A program made the translations under genes and the position numbers. Below, piece after piece: positions 18,877-29,799 of a stretch of 64,000 nt of DNA (positions within the stretch are counted from its first letter, which is position 1; every line of letters begins with the position of its first letter). The stretch is from contig CAWALK010000012.1 of NCBI GenBank assembly GCA_963782915.1, forward strand, positions 224,001-288,000, written 5' to 3'. Under the pieces are notes generated by a model. That model made no database searches and was not told the origin of the DNA. It worked only from the letters and a program-made list of their open reading frames with translations. This DNA comes from an uncultured archaeon (GTDB lineage Archaea > Thermoproteota > Bathyarchaeia > Bathyarchaeales > Bathycorpusculaceae).

Positions 18877-21162
18877 TTAAACAGTAAATCTAACTATGAA
18901 CTTTGTACCCTTTCCTTCCTCACTTTCAAACGTAACTGTTCCACCCATAGCTTCAGTCATACGTTTAACCACGGCTAAACCGAAGCCTTGTCCCGTCGAT
19001 TTGGTGGTCATTAAAGGCATGAAGAGTTTAGCTTGGACCTCTTTTGGTATGCCTTCGCCTGTATCTTGGATTGATATTTCTGTTTGGCCTGCACTGTTGG
19101 TTGCTGTTATTGTTAGATTTCCACCGTTAGGCATAGCTTGTACCGCGTTTTGAGTTAAATTGACGAGTATGCGCTTTATCATCGTAGAATCAGCGATTAG
19201 CAATGGAAGGTTACCTGAGGTTTTCAGGTTTACTTCTACTTTGTCTGAAATAGTTACCATCGCTAAGGCGTTTTTTATTATCTGTTCGACATCTATTTGT
19301 TCTTTTTTAGGGTTTAAGGGTCTGGCAAAATCTTGTAAGTCTGCAACTATTTTGTTTATGTAGAGTAGGTTTTCTTCTATGCTTTGGATGTTTTCTTGAA
19401 GCGGTAGTTTACTTTCGTCATCGGAAAGTGAGTTAATTTTCTTTTTGGTTAGGTAAAGATGATTGGTTATCGCCTGCAATGGGTTTCTTATGTCGTGACC
19501 CACCATGCCTGCCGTTGCTCCAATTGCTGATAGCCGTTCTGCATCTTTGAGTTGTCTTGTTCTCTCTTCCGCTAATTGCTCCATTTGAGATGCATATTCT
19601 TCAACTTCAATAGCTTTCTTTTCTAACTTATTCTGCAGTTCCTTCTGAGTGTTAAGAGCTTTAGCAAGCTTTAGATTGGCATGGCTAATTTTTGAAATTT
19701 TATCTGATAATTTAGAGTAGAATTGCATGAGGGTTTCTGTTTGAATCCGGTTATATTTTGGAATACGTTCAAAGGCTGCCAAATAGGCGATTTTATCAAA
19801 ACCGTATTTTTCTGCTTGAGTTTCAAACAGCTTCCGATCTGGGACTTCATCATCAAAAAAGAATTGCCCGAAGAACACGTTGCCTACATGTTTATCTCCT
19901 ATGAAAAGCGGTGTAACGACATCCCACATATTATTTTTGCATTTATAGAAGCGCACTTGACCCTTCTCTAACCCGCTTGAGAGTTCAAGGTCACTTTCTT
20001 TGCAGTTTTTACATGTCTGTGGGTTAGTTCGATGGAATTTGAAGCAAATATCTTGCCAGCCTGTACCCACCAGGACATTACCTTTAAGGTCTATGAGTGC
20101 AAAACCCATGTTTGTAACTGTATAGAGGTAATCCATCGTTGCCTGTAGGGATGGTACGTCAATTATGTTGGCTAAGTCTTTTTCTCCCAGTTCAATTTCG
20201 GGGCAAAGTACCGAATCAAGTTTTAGCTGTAGGCGCTCTTCGCTTTCATGCAGCGATTGTTCAACGTTTTTACGTCGAGTTACGTCTTCAAATATACCTG
20301 CAAAATAGCCTTTCTTGGGGCTGTATACCGTAATAGATAACCAAACGCCTAGTTGCTTAAAGAAAAGCTCGGATTTCTCCCCTAATCCAGTTTGGGCAAT
20401 CTTCCCAAGTTTGTCTAATAATTGTGAACCAGCCATCTTTAATTCAGGCATTAATTCAGTTGCTTTCTTCCCAATCAAAGCCTCTTTCTTTACACCCATA
20501 ATTCGCTCGAAGGCTTCGTTAACTTCTAAACAAACGAAATCACAGGGTTTCTCTTCCTCATCGAAAATTGTTTGGCAATAAACAAATCCATTTAGCATGT
20601 TGGCAAATAGAGAGTGGTATTTCTCTTTGGACTCACGCAATTCGCTCTCGGCGAGTCGCTGTTGAAGAATTTTGTTAAGTTCACTCGCAATGACTTCCAG
20701 CTGGACAATATCCTCTTCCGAGTAGGGGGTTTTTTTGTTGCCAACGCCGAAAATGTTGCCGACTTTACCCTGCTCAAGCATGGGGATGCTCAACATTCGT
20801 TTAATCGGGACATGGCCTTCTGGTAAGCCTTTCTGATTTGGGCTTGCCGCGAAGTCGTTATATATGATTGGCTTTTTTAGGCGGACGCAATCTGCCCAGT
20901 TCCCTGCTTTTTCAATGGGGTAATGGGTGGAATAATTTGCAGTGCAATTCTTGAGTGCTTGCTTATTCCAAGTGGTCAATACTATGGTTTTTTCATCTTT
21001 GCCGACGAAATGGAAAAAGCCAATTTGGCTCTTGGTTAATTTGACGGCGAGGTCAAGGAAGTATTCATAGAGGTCGTTTTCATAGAGGCTTTGGGCTTTT
21101 CGGTATAATTCAAGAAGAAATCTGCCCTGATCCTTCGTATCCTCACCCTTAGCTTCTGCCAA
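18877..21162 (-). CDS. Sensor histidine kinase (GAF, PAS, PocR, HisKA, HATPase)
   Basis: H-box GHDIRNPL, N/G boxes (NAVQA, DTGEG, GFGL). PocR-like segment WQDIC.KFHR..P....C..SD...YKC.N...D...P..IG..HVG..F.GQF. Confidence 0.9.
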   Translation of the reverse strand: MAEAKGEDTKDQGRFLLELYRKAQSLYENDLYEYFLDLAVKLTKSQIGFFHFVGKDEKTIVLTTWNKQALKNCTANYSTHYPIEKAGNWADCVRLKKPIIYNDFAASPNQKGLPEGHVPIKRMLSIPMLEQGKVGNIFGVGNKKTPYSEEDIVQLEVIASELNKILQQRLAESELRESKEKYHSLFANMLNGFVYCQTIFDEEEKPCDFVCLEVNEAFERIMGVKKEALIGKKATELMPELKMAGSQLLDKLGKIAQTGLGEKSELFFKQLGVWLSITVYSPKKGYFAGIFEDVTRRKNVEQSLHESEERLQLKLDSVLCPEIELGEKDLANIIDVPSLQATMDYLYTVTNMGFALIDLKGNVLVGTGWQDICFKFHRTNPQTCKNCKESDLELSSGLEKGQVRFYKCKNNMWDVVTPLFIGDKHVGNVFFGQFFFDDEVPDRKLFETQAEKYGFDKIAYLAAFERIPKYNRIQTETLMQFYSKLSDKISKISHANLKLAKALNTQKELQNKLEKKAIEVEEYASQMEQLAEERTRQLKDAERLSAIGATAGMVGHDIRNPLQAITNHLYLTKKKINSLSDDESKLPLQENIQSIEENLLYINKIVADLQDFARPLNPKKEQIDVEQIIKNALAMVTISDKVEVNLKTSGNLPLLIADSTMIKRILVNLTQNAVQAMPNGGNLTITATNSAGQTEISIQDTGEGIPKEVQAKLFMPLMTTKSTGQGFGLAVVKRMTEAMGGTVTFESEEGKGTKFIVRFTV

Positions 21163-21322
21163 AGTTCCCTCTCTCTTCTAAGTATTCAGTTATTGAATAA
21201 AAAAAGTCTGCTTTCGCCCTATATATTCTAACGTATGTCTGGGAATAAACCAACCTTGGATTTTAGGAATATCCCTGACAGATCTTATGGTTAAGATAGG
21301 TTGCCTTGTAAAATTGGTCTAG

Positions 21323-22090
21323 TTAATACTCTTGCAGTAGTTTATCAAAGAAGGCTTTTGTTTTAGCGATGTCTTCCATGGGTGTGCCGTGTTTTAGTTC
21401 CAGCGTTATTGGTCCCTCGTAACCGCACCCATGTAGTGTTGTGAGGAAATGGGTTAACTCGGGCGCTTTCTCCATGAATGGTTGATGGGATTTGTTTGCC
21501 ATATGCACGTTGCAGACCCGCTTGCCATATTTATCCAGAAGTTCATCCATCACTTTAGTTTCTAAGGCATGGCATAAATCAAAGGTAATTCCCATCTCGC
21601 CCTCTGGGTCAATAACGCCGAATACCTCTTCTAGCTGCTCAACGTTCTTGCCAAAACCCGTCGAGTTAAACGACAGATTCTCCAGTGACAGCTTGATGCC
21701 CAGTTTTTTGGCGAAGGGTTTGATTTCCCCAAAAACTTCAGCTAAACACTCCTCCCTGACCTGTCTTGGCAACTGTTTGGAAACGTTCGAATGCACAGTC
21801 ATCAATTGGGCATGCAATGCTCGGGCGCATTCAAGCGAGATTTTGCCATAATAAACCGCCTGATGCACCTCAATCGGGTCCTTAACATGCAAAACCGCGG
21901 AGTGCAGTGTTAAACAGTTCAAGCCTGAAGCCGCCAACGCCTTCTGCTCGCGGTAAACGTCGGTGTCATGCTCTTTTTTGATGGATTTCATGTTGAATTC
22001 GATGTCATGAAACCCAAGCTGTTTAGCGGCAGCAAAGTTCTCGTTTATGCGTAGCTTGCTAAAGATTCCGTTGGATAAACTTAACCTCAT
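21323..22090 (-). CDS. Sugar phosphate isomerase/epimerase family TIM-barrel protein
   Basis: LSLEN, ITFD..H, VH and YEGPITLE motifs of the AP endonuclease 2 / xylose isomerase-like family. Confidence 0.8.
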   Translation of the reverse strand: MRLSLSNGIFSKLRINENFAAAKQLGFHDIEFNMKSIKKEHDTDVYREQKALAASGLNCLTLHSAVLHVKDPIEVHQAVYYGKISLECARALHAQLMTVHSNVSKQLPRQVREECLAEVFGEIKPFAKKLGIKLSLENLSFNSTGFGKNVEQLEEVFGVIDPEGEMGITFDLCHALETKVMDELLDKYGKRVCNVHMANKSHQPFMEKAPELTHFLTTLHGCGYEGPITLELKHGTPMEDIAKTKAFFDKLLQEY

Positions 22091-22545
22091 TTCGTCACTA
22101 CCTTCTCAAAACAGATAAGGCTCAATTTGCCAGAAACCGCCTCTGTCTTAAACGCCCTATAACCCTCTTTTTCGTACAAATGGATATTTTTAGCGCTCTT
22201 GATTCCAGTGAAAAGCTCAAAGCGTTTACAAGAGGCACATTTGCGTTCAATTTCGGAGAGCAGCTTTTTTCCGATGCCCTGATTCTGAAATTTGGGGTCA
22301 ACAACTAATCTGCCGATATGACAGGTTCCATTGTTCAAAGATGCCCTGACTGACCCAACGATTTTGCCATCGACTGTGGCTTTGAGAAAAATGTGGTTCT
22401 TGAAAAGTTGTTTTAACTCTTCTATGGTTTCTGTGAGCGGAGGAATCTCGAAGTCGTTGTATGCTTTTGCTTCGCTTTGGAATGCTTCTTTTTGAAGCAG
22501 CAGTATTTCCGCTGCGTCATTGATGTCTGCGGTTTCAATCTGCAA
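22087..22545 (-). CDS. GNAT family N-acetyltransferase
   Basis: RL.V.P.FQNQGIGKKLL motif A and N..LY.K.GY. Confidence 0.9.
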   Translation of the reverse strand: MQIETADINDAAEILLLQKEAFQSEAKAYNDFEIPPLTETIEELKQLFKNHIFLKATVDGKIVGSVRASLNNGTCHIGRLVVDPKFQNQGIGKKLLSEIERKCASCKRFELFTGIKSAKNIHLYEKEGYRAFKTEAVSGKLSLICFEKVVTK

Positions 22546-22600
22546 CTCTGTATCCTCTTGCTGTTTATGCTTAATACTTGCTCAATGTAGCTTATGCGTT

Positions 22601-22741
22601 TTATGTTGGCTTGCTTTTTTGTTGTTCCCGCAACCTCTTGATATGCGCATCATGGCTGATGTCTTCAGCCGTATCCATCGGCGGCCTAAAACTGCGTTTC
22701 TTTAGGGTTTCCTCCATTTCTTTTTCTTCTTCTTTTGTCAT
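22601..22741 (-). CDS. Possible 46-aa charged microprotein (not in ORF track)
   Basis: MTKEEEKEMEETLKKRSFRPPMDTAEDISHDAHIKRLREQQKSKPT*; fills the gap upstream of the GNAT gene on the same strand. Confidence 0.4.
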   Translation of the reverse strand: MTKEEEKEMEETLKKRSFRPPMDTAEDISHDAHIKRLREQQKSKPT

Positions 22742-22888
22742 AAGATGGATTCAGGGTCTGTTTAGAATAAGCCTTTGTTGTATCAGAGTGTCTCTACAGA
22801 TATCTTGCAGTCCGGTTTTACCAAACTGGCGATATTTCTAAGAAGAGAACGCTAAACGTTACAATTAAAAAATTATATACTAATTGAG

Positions 22889-23701
22889 TTGTTAAAGAAA
22901 GTACTAATGCTAAATGATTGCAGCCAAGACACCCAAATACTAACACGACTAGGGTTAACTCCTCTTCAGGCTGAAGTATACCTGACTCTTGCCAAAATGG
23001 ATAAAGCAACCATCAGAACCCTTTCTTCAATTTTAAAAATAGATCGAGCAAACATCTACCGAGTATTAACAAGATTACAAGAGCTTGAATTGGTTAAAAA
23101 ATTATTAACTAACCCCAATATTTTCAAGGCCTTACCTGCGATTGAGGGCATCCAGATGTTACTTGACCAGAAAGAGGCAGAAGACCAAAAAATTAAAACT
23201 CAGACTAAAGAACTAATAAAAAAATACAAAAATACTTACCAAAGCGCTGTGGACGAAAAAAACTGCGAGTTCGCTCTAATTCCTCACGGAAAATTCACCA
23301 AGCGAAAAGTAGCTGAAATGATTAGTTCAAACCAAAAAACCCATGAAATTATCATTTATTGGAGTGACTTTGCCTCCGACCAAAACGCAGTTGTTGCTAT
23401 GTGGAAAGAAGTCTTGCTTAAGAATATAAAAATGAGAATTATCGTTTTCTTACAGGAAAACGAAGAGCTACCTGCAAAAATAATTGCCATAAAGAAAAAT
23501 CCTTTGTTTGAAATCAGAAAAACACTATCCACCCCTAAAGCAACATTATCGATAATTGACGGAAAACAAGCACTCATCAGTGTTACGCCAATTATTTTAC
23601 CTGGCGGGAAACCTGGTTTGTGGATTAATAATCCTGGAGTTGTTAGCTTAATCCAAGAATATTTTGAGTCAACATGGCGAAATTCTCAAGATTTGCCGTA
23701 G
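22889..23701 (+). CDS. TrmB family transcriptional regulator
   Basis: L..LGLT..QA.VYL.L...R..IYR.L..L...LV wHTH and a C-terminal PLD-like sensor (IIDGK, W.NNP......YFE..W). Confidence 0.88.
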   Translation: MLKKVLMLNDCSQDTQILTRLGLTPLQAEVYLTLAKMDKATIRTLSSILKIDRANIYRVLTRLQELELVKKLLTNPNIFKALPAIEGIQMLLDQKEAEDQKIKTQTKELIKKYKNTYQSAVDEKNCEFALIPHGKFTKRKVAEMISSNQKTHEIIIYWSDFASDQNAVVAMWKEVLLKNIKMRIIVFLQENEELPAKIIAIKKNPLFEIRKTLSTPKATLSIIDGKQALISVTPIILPGGKPGLWINNPGVVSLIQEYFESTWRNSQDLP

Positions 23702-23833
23702 CATCCGTCAGGATTCAAGCTATTTTGGTCTCTAGCTAGCCCAATTCAAAGGTTGCTATTGTAGCCTACACACGCCATTGATTAAAAATAAAAAATGCAA
23801 AAGGTAGGCCTATAACCTTAAGGAGAATAAAAA

Positions 23834-26461
23834 TTGAAACAATTTTCTAAAAACAAAACTATTGCAACCTCGATAATCGCAATTCTTCTACTAAGTACCG
23901 CTATAACACTTACTTCTGTACCCACCGCAGGAGCCCATACCCCTGCATGGCAGATACCAACTTTTGCTTTCATCAACGTTTCACCCAACCCTGCTGGAAT
24001 AGGTCAACAAGTAGCCGTCGTAGTCTGGCTTGACAAGATACCTGACGGCGCCTTAATTACAAACAACATCCGTTTCCACAACTTCAAAGTCGTAATCACT
24101 GCGCCAGATGGAACAACTGAAACAGTAAATTGGGAAACCGTTTCTGATACCACATCATCAGCGTATACAGCTTTTACCCCTGACCAAATTGGAACTTATA
24201 CATTCAACTTTACCTTCCCAGGACAAAAATACACCGACTACACATACAGTACAACCTCAGCATACGTAAACGATACATACCTACCCAGTACAGCATCCAC
24301 AACTTTGACAGTACAAGAAGAACCAGCACCAGGCGGAGACATAACACCCCTGCCAACAGAGTACTGGTCAAGACCTATCGAAGGACAAAATGCCAACTGG
24401 TTCCAAATATCTTCAAACTACATCAACCCATTCGGCGCAGCCTACAGCTTCGGCTCAGTACGACTCCAACCAGACGGCACCGCTCCAGATAGCGCACACA
24501 TCATGTGGAGCAAACCAATCACCTTCGGCGGCATCATCGGTGGAAATAACGAAGCCCAATTACCAAACTCACCTACAGCCCCAACAGGCGTTGAAGGTGC
24601 AGCATTCTACACTGGTCTATCATACGAAACAAAATTCAACACACCAATCGTCATCAGCGGCAGACTTTACTACGGATTACCCCACAGCAACAACGGTGCT
24701 GGCGGCGGATTCATCTGTGTCGACTTACGCACAGGCCAACAAATATGGATGCAAAACTACACCGTAAACCCATCATTCGGCGCAATCATAAACACTGAAA
24801 CACCAAACCAACACGGCGCAATATCATACTTAATCGCAACTCAAGGCACCACTTGGATGATGTTTGATCCATGGGACGGAACCTGGGTATTCAACATAAC
24901 TGACGTACCAGCAGGAACCAGAAGTTACGGACCATACGGCGAACCAATCATCTACCAAATCAACCTCGCAAACAAATGGCTAGCCCTATGGAACTTCACA
25001 CAAGTCGTAAGCAACGGTCCAGTAAACCTCTTAGGAGCCAACGGATACCGACCAGTAAATGCCATCTACAACACAACACAACGCCAATCATACTCTTGGA
25101 ACGTAACCCTTCCAACTCTACCTACAACAGGTGCAGGCATAGGATGGGCAATCGATAACGACTTACTGCTAGGCTATGGCAACATGAGATCCAGTTTCGG
25201 TCAACCGACTTGGGGTGGCGTCGCAGAAGGCAGCACTACACAATATGGAACTGTCTGGGCAGTCAGCCTCAAAGATACCTCCAGAGGCACACTCATGTGG
25301 ACCAAAAACATCCAAGTGCCCGCAGGCAACATTACATTACAACTCGGTACAGTGGACCCAACAAACCGTATTTTCTTCGTAAGCACTAAAGAAACAATGC
25401 AGTGGTACGGCTATGACCTTGACACTGGCAACGCTAAATGGGGCCCAGTCGGTAACACACGCTCATTCAACTACTACCCAACCATCGGAAGCGGCGGTGT
25501 TGCACAAATCGGCTATGTCGCATACGGTAAACTCTACGTCGGCGGCTACGGCGGCGAAGTCTTCTGCTATGACACAAAAACAGGCAATGAACTCTGGACT
25601 TACGGTGGCGGCGGCGCAGGCAACAGCACAAACAGCGGAACTGAAACCTCATGGGGACTATACCCAACATTCATCGCATCAATAGCTGATGGAAAAGTCT
25701 ACGTATACAACAACGAACACTCTCCAAACGTACCCCTCTACAGAGACGAAAAAGTACGATGCCTAAACGCTACAACAGGCCAAGAACTTTGGACCCTTGA
25801 CAGCTGGGCTGCAGTAGGCGGCTTCGGCGACTTTGGCTTCCCAACAGCAGACGGACAAATAGCATACCTCAACGCCTACGACATGGAAGTCTACTCCATC
25901 GGCAAAGGACCAAGCGCAATGACCGTCGACGCACCAAAATCAGCGGTTGAACTAGGCAAATCCTTAGTTATCAGCGGTACAGTCACCGATATCTCTGCAG
26001 GCACAAAGCAAGCCGAACAATTAGCACGCTTCCCCAACGGTGTTGCAGCAGTCTCCGACGCAAGCATGGGCAGCTGGATGGAATATGTCTACATGCAAAA
26101 GTCACTCCCAACAAACGTTGTTGGTGTGACTGTCGAACTCAGTGTCGTTGACTCAAACGGAAACTACCGATCCATCGGAACAACAACCGCAGACGCAGAC
26201 GGATTCTTCAGCTATAGCTGGATCCCAGACATCGAAGGTAAATACACAGTCTATGCTTCCTTTGCTGGCAGTAACTCTTACTATCCATCACATGCAGTCA
26301 CAGCTTTCACAGTTGACACAACCGCAGCAGCAACCTCAACACAACAACCAACTCAGGGAACCTCTTTAGCTGATCAGTACATTCTTCCGGGAATCATCGC
26401 TATCATTGTTGCTATAGTCATTGGCTTTGCAGCTACAATACTGATCCTAAGAAAGAAATAA
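23834..26461 (+). CDS. Large PQQ-like beta-propeller surface protein (paralogue 1)
   Basis: Signal peptide, LPTEYWSRPI, repeated D..TG...W propeller motifs, C-terminal Ig-like domain, TM and RKK. Confidence 0.85.
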   Translation: MKQFSKNKTIATSIIAILLLSTAITLTSVPTAGAHTPAWQIPTFAFINVSPNPAGIGQQVAVVVWLDKIPDGALITNNIRFHNFKVVITAPDGTTETVNWETVSDTTSSAYTAFTPDQIGTYTFNFTFPGQKYTDYTYSTTSAYVNDTYLPSTASTTLTVQEEPAPGGDITPLPTEYWSRPIEGQNANWFQISSNYINPFGAAYSFGSVRLQPDGTAPDSAHIMWSKPITFGGIIGGNNEAQLPNSPTAPTGVEGAAFYTGLSYETKFNTPIVISGRLYYGLPHSNNGAGGGFICVDLRTGQQIWMQNYTVNPSFGAIINTETPNQHGAISYLIATQGTTWMMFDPWDGTWVFNITDVPAGTRSYGPYGEPIIYQINLANKWLALWNFTQVVSNGPVNLLGANGYRPVNAIYNTTQRQSYSWNVTLPTLPTTGAGIGWAIDNDLLLGYGNMRSSFGQPTWGGVAEGSTTQYGTVWAVSLKDTSRGTLMWTKNIQVPAGNITLQLGTVDPTNRIFFVSTKETMQWYGYDLDTGNAKWGPVGNTRSFNYYPTIGSGGVAQIGYVAYGKLYVGGYGGEVFCYDTKTGNELWTYGGGGAGNSTNSGTETSWGLYPTFIASIADGKVYVYNNEHSPNVPLYRDEKVRCLNATTGQELWTLDSWAAVGGFGDFGFPTADGQIAYLNAYDMEVYSIGKGPSAMTVDAPKSAVELGKSLVISGTVTDISAGTKQAEQLARFPNGVAAVSDASMGSWMEYVYMQKSLPTNVVGVTVELSVVDSNGNYRSIGTTTADADGFFSYSWIPDIEGKYTVYASFAGSNSYYPSHAVTAFTVDTTAAATSTQQPTQGTSLADQYILPGIIAIIVAIVIGFAATILILRKK

Positions 26462-26828
26462 TAAGCGTAAAAAACCAAATCAACTTTCCCTCCCTTTTTT
26501 AGTTTAAATTAGCGTCTCAAACTGGGGCTGAGTGGGCTTCTGGAAATTTCACGTATCTGCCTGCCCAGGTGTTGCGTGAGATAGCATTTGCATTTGCTCT
26601 TCTCCTAAGTTGATCCAGAGCTCCAGCAAACCCAGCATAAAGTTAGTTTGTTGTTTAGGGCTTTTTTTGTTCGGTTTTATCAGATGAGATTGCTTATAGA
26701 GATGACTGGCGGTCTGGATTTTAGCGGACGAATGTTTTCTGATTGCAATTCTAGTGCCTGGCTGTATTTTGTTGTGCACTGATTCCTTTGCCGTTCACTG
26801 TCCATCAAGCAATTATGGGTTCAACTCT

Positions 26829-27040
26829 TGGTTTAATCTATATATAGGGGAGGGGGTACCTCGGCAGAGCAACAAAGCCCCCTGCAAACCGTATCTTTTA
26901 GGTCTCTGCCGCAAGCGCATAGCAACCATAAAAGCCGCCTAACAACCGCACAAACCCACCCGTTTCAAACCAACAAACGCCTACCCCCGCTTTGTTCTTA
27001 TCTGCATTCGTGGAGCCTATAAGTAGAGGGGGGATAGACA
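26829..27040 (-). repeat. Dispersed intergenic repeat, copy B (conserved 3' end, divergent body)
   Basis: The minus strand reads TTTGTTGCTCTGCCGAGGTACCCCCTCCCCTATATATAGATTAAACC. It has a G/T-skewed body and a second C-tract motif CTATCCCCCCTCTACTTATAG. Confidence 0.8.
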
Positions 27041-27165
27041 AAAAATCGCACAAGCTACCATTAAAAAACTGTGCAATCGCAAGGTTTATGGAATAATTTA
27101 AAATAACCCCTCTTGTTTATATCAAGGAAATACAAACAAAACAGGCATAGGGGAACAAGAAAGTC

Positions 27166-27366
27166 ATGAGTGATGAAGGCGATACATTCTGGGTATCCTT
27201 TGCAGAAAGAATCTTCGGTTTAGCTTTAATCGTAATCGGCGCAATAATGCTTTACTTCACAGCTACAACAGCTGAAATCGGCGGATTTGGCGTATTCTTC
27301 GGTGTGCTAAGCGTCATCTTAGTTATCATCGGCGTATTCCTCTTAGTCGTTAAGCCGCCACAATAA
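27166..27366 (+). CDS. Small two-TM hypothetical protein
   Basis: 66 aa ORF with two hydrophobic helices. Confidence 0.65.
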   Translation: MSDEGDTFWVSFAERIFGLALIVIGAIMLYFTATTAEIGGFGVFFGVLSVILVIIGVFLLVVKPPQ

Positions 27367-27377
27367 ACCCCAAAATT

Positions 27378-27707
27378 TTATTCCCTTCTTTCAACCACAA
27401 TTCTACAGTTAGCAACCAACGCAGCAATCACACCCAACGCTGCAAGCCAAGGCGCAAAAACCACACCCACGACACCGACGGTTGCCGGAATCTCTAACAA
27501 AGTTTTACCTGCCTCATCCTTCACAATCAAACGCGTAACATTCCCTTCATGCAACAGTTGGCCAACACGATCAACCAAATCCTTGCCAGAAACCTTGTAT
27601 TCTTCACTCGTAAACTTCGCCGTCGGAGCACCGCAAACAGGGCAATATTTATCGTCGGCTTTTAACGGTGAACCACATTTAACGCAATAAGGCAAATCAA
27701 ACACCAA
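27378..27707 (-). CDS. Zinc-ribbon plus DUF4342 domain protein
   Basis: YC.KCG......YCPVCG ribbon followed by EEYKVSG..LV..V..L.HEGNV.R.IVK...LLEIP. Confidence 0.8.
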   Translation of the reverse strand: MVFDLPYCVKCGSPLKADDKYCPVCGAPTAKFTSEEYKVSGKDLVDRVGQLLHEGNVTRLIVKDEAGKTLLEIPATVGVVGVVFAPWLAALGVIAALVANCRIVVERRE

Positions 27708-27852
27708 TCAACCAGAAGTCACAGAAGAAATAAAAGCTTTATCAAAACAAGCAAAAGCTACATTAGCCACTTAAAACACAAAATAGAATGAACGTATTTA
27801 TTAACTAACAGTAGATACATTTTCAGCTTAATTATTAGGAGAAATAACCGAG

Positions 27853-29640
27853 ATGCCCACTCGCCAACCAATAGTCTGTGTTCTAGGACATGTAGATGCA
27901 GGCAAAACCAGCCTACTCGATGAACTGCGCAAAACTAACGTTCAACTGCGTGAAGCAGGCGGCATGACCCAGCATATCGGTGCAAGCTTTTTCCCTGTGG
28001 AAACCCTAAAGCAGCTTATTGGACCCTACATGGTTACGTTTAAAACAGGCATCGAAATCCCCGGCTTATTAATCGTTGATACACCCGGCCACGAAGCCTT
28101 CACAAACCTCAGGCGCAGAGGCGGAAGCGTCGCAGACATCGCAATCCTTGTTGTCAACGCCGTACGCGGCTTCGAAGCACAAACCTTCGAATGCATAGAG
28201 ATACTAAAAGCAAAAAAAACACCCTTCATAGTAGCAGTTAACCAAATTGACCGCATCCCCGGCTGGAAAATCCATGACCACGCGCCCTTTCTGCAATCGT
28301 ATAATGCTCAATCGAGCTTTGTACAAGAAGAACTAAACAACAGCCTCTACCGTGTTATGGGCGAATTCAGCCGTCTCCAATTTAAAACAGACCGATTCGA
28401 CCACATTAAAGATTTCACCCAAAACATCGCTTTGGTGCCAACCAGCGCCAAAACCGGCGAAGGCTTATCCGAATTAGTTATGGTTTTGGTTGGGTTAACG
28501 CAGCAGTTCCTCAAAAAACGCTTGCAAACCACCGATACCGCAGCAAAAGGCTCCATCCTCGAAGTAAAAGAGGAACCCGGTTTAGGAGTCACCTTAAACA
28601 CAATCGTTTACGACGGCACACTACACAGAGACGATTTAGTCGTGGTAGGCGGCAAAGACGGCCCCATCTCCGCACGAGTCCGCACTATTCTTGTACCCAA
28701 ACCGCTGGATGAGATGCGTGATCCCCGGGACAAATTCACAAGCGTCGATGTTGTTTACGCGAGTGCAGGAGTAAAAATCGTTGCACCCGGCTTAGAAACA
28801 GCGTTGGCCGGAGCACCATTACTGGCAGTGCCACAGGGTGAAGATGTAAACAAATACTGCAAACAGATCACAGAAGAAATCGGCAGAATCCGAATCACCA
28901 AAGAAATCGACGGCGTCATCGCCAAAGCAGACACGCTGGGTTCTTTGGAAGCTATGGCTGAAATCCTCAAAGCCAACAACGTGCAGGTCCGCATAGCCGA
29001 CATCGGCGACATAAGCAAACGCGACGTAATCGAAGCATCCGTCGTAAAACAACGCCAACCCCTCGTCGGCGCAATCTTAGCATTCGGCGTTAAAACTTTG
29101 CCTGACGCAGAAACAGAAGCAGAAAATAGCGGCGTTAAAATCTTCAAAGACCCAATCATTTACAACTTAATCGACAACTACCTAGAATGGGTAAAGACTA
29201 AGCGTGAGGCTAAAAGCGAAGAAGAATTCGATGCCCTCATTAAACCCGGCAAAGTCCAGGTTTTGCCTAACTGTATTTTCCGCCGAGCCAAACCCTTAGT
29301 TGTCGGCGTAGCAATTCAGGGTGGACGATTGAAACCGAAGGTGTCGCTTATCCGTGCAGAAGACGGCTCAGACCTTGGTGAGATCGAGCAGATTCAGGAT
29401 AAAGGTAAAGCAATCGGCGAAGCCAAAGTCGGCATGGAAGTCGCGATTTCCATGGATAAACCCATCGCCGGCAGGCACATCTTTGAACGCGATGTCCTAT
29501 TTGTAAAAGTTCCCGAGAAAGATGCCAAGATACTCTTGACAACTCATCTGGATGATTTGACCTCCGCGGAAGTGGATGTGCTAAAAGAGTACGTTAACAT
29601 GATGCGTAAAAAGATTCCCTTCTGGGCAGGCGTCATGTAA
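27853..29640 (+). CDS. infB: Translation initiation factor aIF5B (IF-2)
   Basis: RQPIV.VLGHVDAGKTS, TQHIGA, DTPGHEAF.NLR.RGGS.ADIA and KADTLGSLEA motifs. Confidence 0.97.
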   Translation: MPTRQPIVCVLGHVDAGKTSLLDELRKTNVQLREAGGMTQHIGASFFPVETLKQLIGPYMVTFKTGIEIPGLLIVDTPGHEAFTNLRRRGGSVADIAILVVNAVRGFEAQTFECIEILKAKKTPFIVAVNQIDRIPGWKIHDHAPFLQSYNAQSSFVQEELNNSLYRVMGEFSRLQFKTDRFDHIKDFTQNIALVPTSAKTGEGLSELVMVLVGLTQQFLKKRLQTTDTAAKGSILEVKEEPGLGVTLNTIVYDGTLHRDDLVVVGGKDGPISARVRTILVPKPLDEMRDPRDKFTSVDVVYASAGVKIVAPGLETALAGAPLLAVPQGEDVNKYCKQITEEIGRIRITKEIDGVIAKADTLGSLEAMAEILKANNVQVRIADIGDISKRDVIEASVVKQRQPLVGAILAFGVKTLPDAETEAENSGVKIFKDPIIYNLIDNYLEWVKTKREAKSEEEFDALIKPGKVQVLPNCIFRRAKPLVVGVAIQGGRLKPKVSLIRAEDGSDLGEIEQIQDKGKAIGEAKVGMEVAISMDKPIAGRHIFERDVLFVKVPEKDAKILLTTHLDDLTSAEVDVLKEYVNMMRKKIPFWAGVM

Positions 29641-29651
29641 GCGCAAGAGTT

Positions 29652-29745
29652 CCTTTTGCTCTCTGCGACCTACCCCCCTCTATATATAGGTACTAAAAGT
29701 CTCAAGAGGCGTTTGTTGCTCTTACAGAGAACCCTCCATAGGTTT
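29652..29745 (+). repeat. Dispersed intergenic repeat, copy C (3' portion only, two sub-repeats)
   Basis: TTTTGCTCTCTGCGACCTACCCCCCTCTATATATAG followed by a degenerate TTTGTTGCTCTTACAGAGAACCCTCC. Confidence 0.7.
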
Positions 29746-29799
29746 TACATAGAACCGCTGATGGGCTCCAAATGTTTCGTTCTTTCCCATACATTCTTT

